Shown: positions 59,191-64,000 of the stretch, piece after piece
Numbering within the stretch: position 1 is the stretch's first letter
How the letters are laid out: the number at the start of each line of letters is the position of its first letter
NCBI GenBank assembly: GCA_964636715.1
Contig: CAZWTH010000231.1
Coordinates: 70-64,069, forward strand
From: an uncultured Solibacteraceae bacterium
Lineage (GTDB): Bacteria > Acidobacteriota > Terriglobia > Bryobacterales > Bryobacteraceae
Reading direction: 5' to 3'
Length of the DNA stretch: 64,000 bases
Translations under genes and position numbers: made by a program
The notes under the pieces: model-generated
What the model saw: only the letters and a program-made list of their open reading frames with translations
Told to the model about the DNA's origin: nothing
The model's database searches: none

Positions 59191-60075
59191 CTACTTGCCG
59201 GAAATCAGGACCTCCACATAGTCTCCCAGTTGACGAGCGCTGAATTGATTGCCTTCGAAATCGGCCGCAAGACGGCCCCGCCGATCGATTACCAGTGTAT
59301 GCATCGAGTGTGTGAAGTAGCCATCGTCGGGCCAGAAATTCAATCCGAACCGGCGCGAAACGGCCTTCACTTCGTCGAGCTGTCCGGTCAGGAAGTGCCA
59401 CGATTCCGGATTGGCCTTCCAGGTCGACGCATATTTGGCCAGTACTTTGGGCTGATCGTGCACCGGATCGAAGCTGACGCTGAGCAGCACCAGATCGCGG
59501 CCCATGCGGCTGGCGAAGCGTTGATTCAGTTGTCCGAAGTTGTTGGAGAGCCGGAAGCAGTAATCGGGCAGGGGGCAACTCGTATAGATGAATGTCATGG
59601 CGACTACTTTTCCGGCCCATTGCGAGAGGGACACGCGGCGCCCGGTCTGATCGGTCAAAGTGAAGTCAGGCACGGCGTCACCCGTGTGTACGGTGGCGCG
59701 AGGAGCCTGGAGCAATTGCAGACGGCGCGCGAGCATCGGCTCCCACTCGGAGCTTTCGTAATGGTGAACGCGGATGCCTTCCGCATACGACCGGTCCTTC
59801 TCTACGACCAGCGTGAAATCCACATAGGCGCCCGGCTTCAGATTGGCCAGTTCACGATTATCCAGAACGGAATACGCCATGGTCATCGCTTCCATGTAAC
59901 CGGGGATGGCTGAGCAGGAGGCGTCAAAACTGCGTTGCGTCTGATCCACTTTCAGAACAATCCCAGTGACCGGATATCGCGCGGCGGCGGCCAGATTCAG
60001 GCCAGCCAGGAGCAATAGGGCGATGACCCCGGAGAGTGTCCGCGCCCCAGCCGGGCTAGTTGACCGGGCGAGCAT
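59191..60075 (-). CDS. SCO1/SenC-family copper protein with N-terminal CusF-like Met-rich domain
   Basis: N-terminal domain SCSAIPGYMEAMTMAYSV. Thioredoxin-fold domain with FIYTSCPLPDYC (CxxxC) and a downstream ...THS... candidate Cu-ligand His. Confidence 0.7.
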   Translation of the reverse strand: MLARSTSPAGARTLSGVIALLLLAGLNLAAAARYPVTGIVLKVDQTQRSFDASCSAIPGYMEAMTMAYSVLDNRELANLKPGAYVDFTLVVEKDRSYAEGIRVHHYESSEWEPMLARRLQLLQAPRATVHTGDAVPDFTLTDQTGRRVSLSQWAGKVVAMTFIYTSCPLPDYCFRLSNNFGQLNQRFASRMGRDLVLLSVSFDPVHDQPKVLAKYASTWKANPESWHFLTGQLDEVKAVSRRFGLNFWPDDGYFTHSMHTLVIDRRGRLAADFEGNQFSARQLGDYVEVLISGK

Positions 60076-62614
60076 CGTGCCCTCCCAACCGGTACCGCGG
60101 CCGTTCGATCGCGCGATAGCCGGCGGCGGATTGCCGGACTTCGATCGCGCGGTTTTCAGGCACGGAATTGAACCGCTGCGGCTGCGCGCCTCCCGGCCAC
60201 TGAATTTCCAAGCCTACGATTTTCGCCGATTTACCCAGCCCGATGTGCTGCTCCAGCGGCGAGGCTCCAAACGACCCTCCGCTTCCCACGGTCCGATAAA
60301 CCGCTCGCGTCTGCGCGCCGTTTTTCACTGTCACTTTTATCCTGGCGCCGATGGCCGCGCGGTTTGCTTTGACTCCCACCAGCCGCACGCTGATCCAGTC
60401 ATTGTCGTGGCCTGGATTTTCGAAAAGCCGGAACGCGTGGCTGTCGCCTGGAATGGCGCCGCCGACCACTTCCAGCAGATCTTCATCTCCATCATTGTCG
60501 ATGTCCGCAAACGCCACGCCATGCCCTTTGTGCAACTCACCCGTGCCGGAGGAGGCGGTGATGTCCAGGAATTTCTTTCCGTCTTTGTTATGCAGCAGTA
60601 CATTGGGGACCAGAGCCGTATAGGACGGTTCTCCGGTGCCGAAATAAATGTCGGGATATCCGTCGTTATCCACATCGCCGAAATTCGAACCCATCGGCAT
60701 GAAAGCTTTGTTCAGACCCGTTTCTTCCGTGACATCGCGAAAAGCGCCATTGCCCAGATTGCGATAGAGCTTCATGGTGGGGCCGTTATGGGGCAGGTCC
60801 AGGTATGTGCGCGCGGTCTCGTCCACGGACATCGAGTAGCCGGTCGCCAGAAGATCCGGCCAGCCGTCGTTGTCGTAATCGAAAAACCAGGCGGCGAATC
60901 CATGGCCTGGGCCCTGCACGCCGGCCTGCGGAGCTACGTCCGTGAAAGTCCCGTTGTGGTTGTTATGAAACAGCGCGTTATCGCCGCGGTAGTTGGAGAC
61001 GTAGAGGTCGGCATAGCCGTCATTGTCATAGTCGGCCGCTACTACCGCCTTGGCAAATACGGAGAGGTCAGTTCCCGACGAATGCGAAATGTCCTTAAAT
61101 GTGCCGTCGCCGTTGTTCAGGAAAAGCTGATTCGGCTCGTTTTCGTTGCCGACGTAGAGATCGAGGAAACCGTCGTTATTGATATCCGCCCACACGGCGG
61201 TCTGCGTCGTGGTGGGCTCGGCCAGGCCGGCTTCCACCGTGACATCGGTGAAAACGCCCTTGCAGTTATTGCGCAAGAGCGATTTCCGCTGGGGCGTTTC
61301 CCAGCCGCCGCGCAGGACCAGGATATCGAGGCAACCATCATTGTTGTAATCGGCCTGGATGAGGTTGAGTCCACCCACCTGGGACGCCAGCCCTGATTGC
61401 GCGGTGCGGTCCGTAAACGTGCCATCCCCGTTGTTGTGGAAGAAATGCATGGGCGCGCAGAAGTCCCAGTCGGAGGTGACGATATCGAACAGACCGTCGT
61501 TATCGAAATCGTCGACGATCAGGCCTCCCGCTTCCGAGAAAATTTTATCGAGTCCCGCGAGCGGCGCCGTATCGGTAAAGCGGCCAATGTCTTCTGCGGA
61601 TGCAAATCGCGAAGGCTCCAGCAGTTGCTCTTTAGGTACGCCGTCCGGATATTGGCCCAGCGTCATATAGGCAACGTTCAATAGCCACCTGGTCTCGAGG
61701 TCGCCCGGTCGTAGCTGGAGCGACGCGAGGAAGTGCTGGATGGCTTTTTGCGAATCGTCGCCTTTGGCGTATTTGAATTCGGGACGAATCGGAAAGAGGC
61801 AACGCTCCGCGGGATGACGGTATACGTCATTGACCATCTCCGACCGGTGAAGATATGACACGCCCAGCATCTCTTCCACCTCCGGCAGCATTTGCGGCGC
61901 CGCCGCCGAAGCCATGCGGAGGGCCGCCTCAAACTGGGCGATGGCCGGATCCATTTCTCCCCGATAGGCGTATACCTGCGCCACTCCGAGGTGCAGCGAC
62001 ACCGCATCGGAAGGCGAGTGATCGGCTTCATCCGCAGCCGCGGCCAGTTCGTCTGCCCGAGTTCTCAGATCGGTCAATGACTGCTGGCGCATGGCGCACG
62101 ACATGGCCGGATCGGCATTCCAGTGGTCAGGCTTGACATAATCCGCCAGCGCCGACCCCGCTTCAATAAACCCGGCGACGTTCGCGTCAAACCGGATGCT
62201 GCCTTCGGCGCGAACGGCGGCCTGACGGGCTCGCTGGAACTCTTCGATTCCGGCGAATTCGTCCGCGGTCAGCACTTTGAGGATTGCGAAGCCGGAAGGA
62301 ATCCGGAACACGGGCGAAAGCTGACCGGGAGCGAGTCCGGCGAGGGCGGTTCGGATCTCAGCGCGAAGGCTGGAGGGATCGACTTTGCCCAGCAGGCCGC
62401 CATCGAGCGATGTCGCATCCACGGATTTCTCGCGGGCGAGCACGGCGAAATCAGCGCCTTTCTCGATCTCCGCGCGGATTCGAGCCGCTTCTTCCGCTGA
62501 ATTGAGAACCAGGAGCCGCAACGGGACAGCGCTGGAAGTTTGCTCCTGGCCGGGGGCGAAGAGGACAAAGGCCAGCAGCAGACAGACAAGCGCGCGCGGC
62601 ATGGATACCCGCAA
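60056..62614 (-). CDS. Parvulin(PpiC)-like domain + TPR + FG-GAP/VCBS repeats + ASPIC/UnbV (CRTAC1 family)
   Basis: Signal peptide. LRLLVLNSAEEAARIRAEIEKGADFAVLAREKSVDATSLDGGLLGKV...FAILKVL resembles a PpiC rotamase domain. Then a TPR-like region, DFDNDG/DYNNDG/DINNDG/DYDNDG repeats and a C-terminal UnbV_ASPIC motif set. Confidence 0.7.
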   Translation of the reverse strand: MRVSMPRALVCLLLAFVLFAPGQEQTSSAVPLRLLVLNSAEEAARIRAEIEKGADFAVLAREKSVDATSLDGGLLGKVDPSSLRAEIRTALAGLAPGQLSPVFRIPSGFAILKVLTADEFAGIEEFQRARQAAVRAEGSIRFDANVAGFIEAGSALADYVKPDHWNADPAMSCAMRQQSLTDLRTRADELAAAADEADHSPSDAVSLHLGVAQVYAYRGEMDPAIAQFEAALRMASAAAPQMLPEVEEMLGVSYLHRSEMVNDVYRHPAERCLFPIRPEFKYAKGDDSQKAIQHFLASLQLRPGDLETRWLLNVAYMTLGQYPDGVPKEQLLEPSRFASAEDIGRFTDTAPLAGLDKIFSEAGGLIVDDFDNDGLFDIVTSDWDFCAPMHFFHNNGDGTFTDRTAQSGLASQVGGLNLIQADYNNDGCLDILVLRGGWETPQRKSLLRNNCKGVFTDVTVEAGLAEPTTTQTAVWADINNDGFLDLYVGNENEPNQLFLNNGDGTFKDISHSSGTDLSVFAKAVVAADYDNDGYADLYVSNYRGDNALFHNNHNGTFTDVAPQAGVQGPGHGFAAWFFDYDNDGWPDLLATGYSMSVDETARTYLDLPHNGPTMKLYRNLGNGAFRDVTEETGLNKAFMPMGSNFGDVDNDGYPDIYFGTGEPSYTALVPNVLLHNKDGKKFLDITASSGTGELHKGHGVAFADIDNDGDEDLLEVVGGAIPGDSHAFRLFENPGHDNDWISVRLVGVKANRAAIGARIKVTVKNGAQTRAVYRTVGSGGSFGASPLEQHIGLGKSAKIVGLEIQWPGGAQPQRFNSVPENRAIEVRQSAAGYRAIERPRYRLGGHDARPVN

Positions 62615-62709
62615 AGTTCTGCAATAATATCACGGCTGGCGCCCGCATTTCTTTGACCCTATGGGCGTTGTCGCGCCGGCGCCCAGGGAATATCGGCTCA
62701 ACCGGCGTT

Positions 62710-63645
62710 CTAAGGGTAAGGGTTGGCGACGGGGTGGGTCTCGATCCACACCTGTTCGCGGGAAGCGTCATCCGTCTTGCCCAGGGCCGTCAATGAGCGC
62801 GCAAGAATCCCGTGAGCAGTTCGCTCAAAATTCAAATCGTTTCCCGAATTTTGCAAGGCGAGCCGCGCCGCTTCAGCCGCCTTATCCGGCTGACCCTGCC
62901 GGTCGAAAAATTTAGCGCGTTCGAGGAGCGCCGGTCCATACCCGGGAACGCGCTCGAGAATCTCGCCGGCAATCGACTGCACCTCGGCCTCCTCGCCGTA
63001 GCGTTGCAGGAATGCCGCGTATTGCCATGCCGCATCCGGATCGTAGGTCTTCCGGCGTAGATTGACTGCGTTCGCCCTTCGAAAAGCGGCCCGCGCTCCC
63101 GTTGCATCCTCGACCCCGCTGGAACAGGCGCCCAACAGCGTATTGATCGGCACGAGCGCATCGTCGCTGAGACCGGGCAGGAGCAGAGCGGCTTTTTCCT
63201 GCTCCACGCAGGCGCGGTCGCGCCAATTCATATGGGCCCACTGCGCGTAGGAATTCCTTGCTTCCGGATCGCGCGGCGTCAGGCGAACCACATGCTCGAG
63301 TAGTTGGCCCGCCTCCACGCTGTTGGACTGCAAGTCCATCAGCAACTCGCCCAGGGCCAGCTCCAGACCAGGATGGGCGGGATGGGCCGAAAGTCCCTTG
63401 CGAAGAATCTGTTCGGCGTCCGCCGGTTGTTTCATCTGCGCATAGCAATCGAAGAGCGACAAGTAGGGCGCGGCGGTTGGCGCGGGGGAGGATGCCAAAG
63501 CCGAAGTCAGAGTCTGCACGGCGGCGGCGCAATTCCCTTCTTTCGCCTGCCGCGCGCCGAGATCCCAGGGGGATGGCGCCGGAGCGAAAGCCTGCAAACC
63601 CGGCAGACTGGCAACGATCGCCAATGTCAGACGAGCCAGACGCAT
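62710..63645 (-). CDS. Tetratricopeptide-repeat protein, secreted
   Basis: ATG at 63645 (MRLARLTLAIVASLPGLQAFA), overlapping the upstream stop (TAATG). TPR-like helical repeats. The ORF-track extension to 63915 overlaps the upstream gene. Confidence 0.6.
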   Translation of the reverse strand: MRLARLTLAIVASLPGLQAFAPAPSPWDLGARQAKEGNCAAAVQTLTSALASSPAPTAAPYLSLFDCYAQMKQPADAEQILRKGLSAHPAHPGLELALGELLMDLQSNSVEAGQLLEHVVRLTPRDPEARNSYAQWAHMNWRDRACVEQEKAALLLPGLSDDALVPINTLLGACSSGVEDATGARAAFRRANAVNLRRKTYDPDAAWQYAAFLQRYGEEAEVQSIAGEILERVPGYGPALLERAKFFDRQGQPDKAAEAARLALQNSGNDLNFERTAHGILARSLTALGKTDDASREQVWIETHPVANPYP

Positions 63646-64000
63646 TATTTTGGCTCCGTCACGCGCAGGATCTCGTTCGCGCGCAGATTTTGTGTAACCA
63701 CCTGGTCGCGGCCGGAAGGCCAGTGAATCTCGACCCGCGAGATCGCGCTTTCGTCGCCAAGCCCGAAGTAGAGCGGCAGGGAACTCTGCGAAAGATATCC
63801 TGACTTGCCGTCGTTGTACTTGAAATACTTTGCGCCACCCGCGGTAGTCACGCGTACCGCGGCGCCCAGGCCATCGCGGTTCGACGCCGTCCCGGTCAGC
63901 AGCACTTTGAGCCAATGGATCTGTTTGCGCGCCGCAAGATCGCTCACGAGAACCTGTGGTTCCGAATTAAAGTCGCTGGTCACCAGATCCAGATCCCCGT
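63645..64000 (-). CDS. ASPIC/UnbV C-terminal fragment of a third CRTAC1-family protein (5' end outside window)
   Basis: Frame is open to the window edge (...GDLDLVTSDF...). HWLKVLLTGTASNRDGLGAAVRV...YLSQSSLPLYFGLG...VEIHWPSG. Confidence 0.7.
   Translation of the reverse strand, partial: GDLDLVTSDFNSEPQVLVSDLAARKQIHWLKVLLTGTASNRDGLGAAVRVTTAGGAKYFKYNDGKSGYLSQSSLPLYFGLGDESAISRVEIHWPSGRDQVVTQNLRANEILRVTEPK

Noticed and set aside
57212-61396. 655-aa and 476-aa + strand ORFs (57212-59179 and 59966-61396) opposite the FG-GAP/ASPIC genes.
   Set aside because: Shadow ORFs generated by the repetitive GAY-rich codons of the FG-GAP repeats on the other strand. No motifs.

Overview
High-GC chromosomal segment with about 50 protein genes and 3 tRNAs. 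The gene content points to Acidobacteriota (Solibacter/Bryobacter-like), though this is inference only: TonB-dependent receptors ending in ...RFEF/RFGF, many FG-GAP/ASPIC-UnbV (CRTAC1-like) paralogs, two DUF1592(PSCyt)/DUF1552 pairs, a PEP-CTERM protein and Tat-signal Gfo/Idh/MocA oxidoreductases.

Layout:
- 1-10.3 kb: pectin/rhamnogalacturonan-type CAZyme locus (PL10, GH28, CE15, GH140-like and others).
- 10.3-19.4 kb: miscellaneous genes (SLT-like protein, PepSY-TM pair, APH-like kinase, a TetR/SnoaL unit divergent from a carboxylesterase, PEP-mutase family enzyme, di-haem cytochrome).
- 19.5-23.0 kb: translationally coupled four-gene base-damage repair operon (Ada/AlkA fusion, ogt, tag, Fpg/Nei).
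- 23.0-27.0 kb: first DUF1552/DUF1592 pair.
- 27.0-30.3 kb: SWIM-SNF2 helicase.
- 30.3-37.5 kb: TonB receptor co-oriented with two sensor kinases.
- 37.7-39.7 kb: M3 oligopeptidase.
- 42.2-48.4 kb: second DUF1592/DUF1552 pair coupled to two LRR proteins.
- 48.4-54.0 kb: sugar-related oxidoreductases, a lectin, CE15 and ThuA.
- 54.3-56.4 kb: tRNA-Ser, tRNA-Arg, metF, secG, tRNA-Leu.
- 56.4-64.0 kb: repeated TPR + FG-GAP/ASPIC genes with an embedded SCO copper protein.

The one clearly accessory spot is 39.75-42.10 kb. A minimal ABC/SMC-type ATPase gene is followed by a visibly AT-richer two-gene insert: a DEDDh 3'-5' exonuclease and a GlnD/GlnE-like Pol-beta nucleotidyltransferase, translationally coupled. 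The insert is bracketed by an 82-bp direct repeat (81/82 identical) that duplicates the 3' end of the ATPase gene. I rank this ATPase + exonuclease + NTase module as the best candidate for an uncharacterised system, possibly a defence or nucleic-acid-modifying system.

No CRISPR array, integrase or transposase was seen. All family assignments come from motif recognition by eye and need profile or structure searches to confirm.
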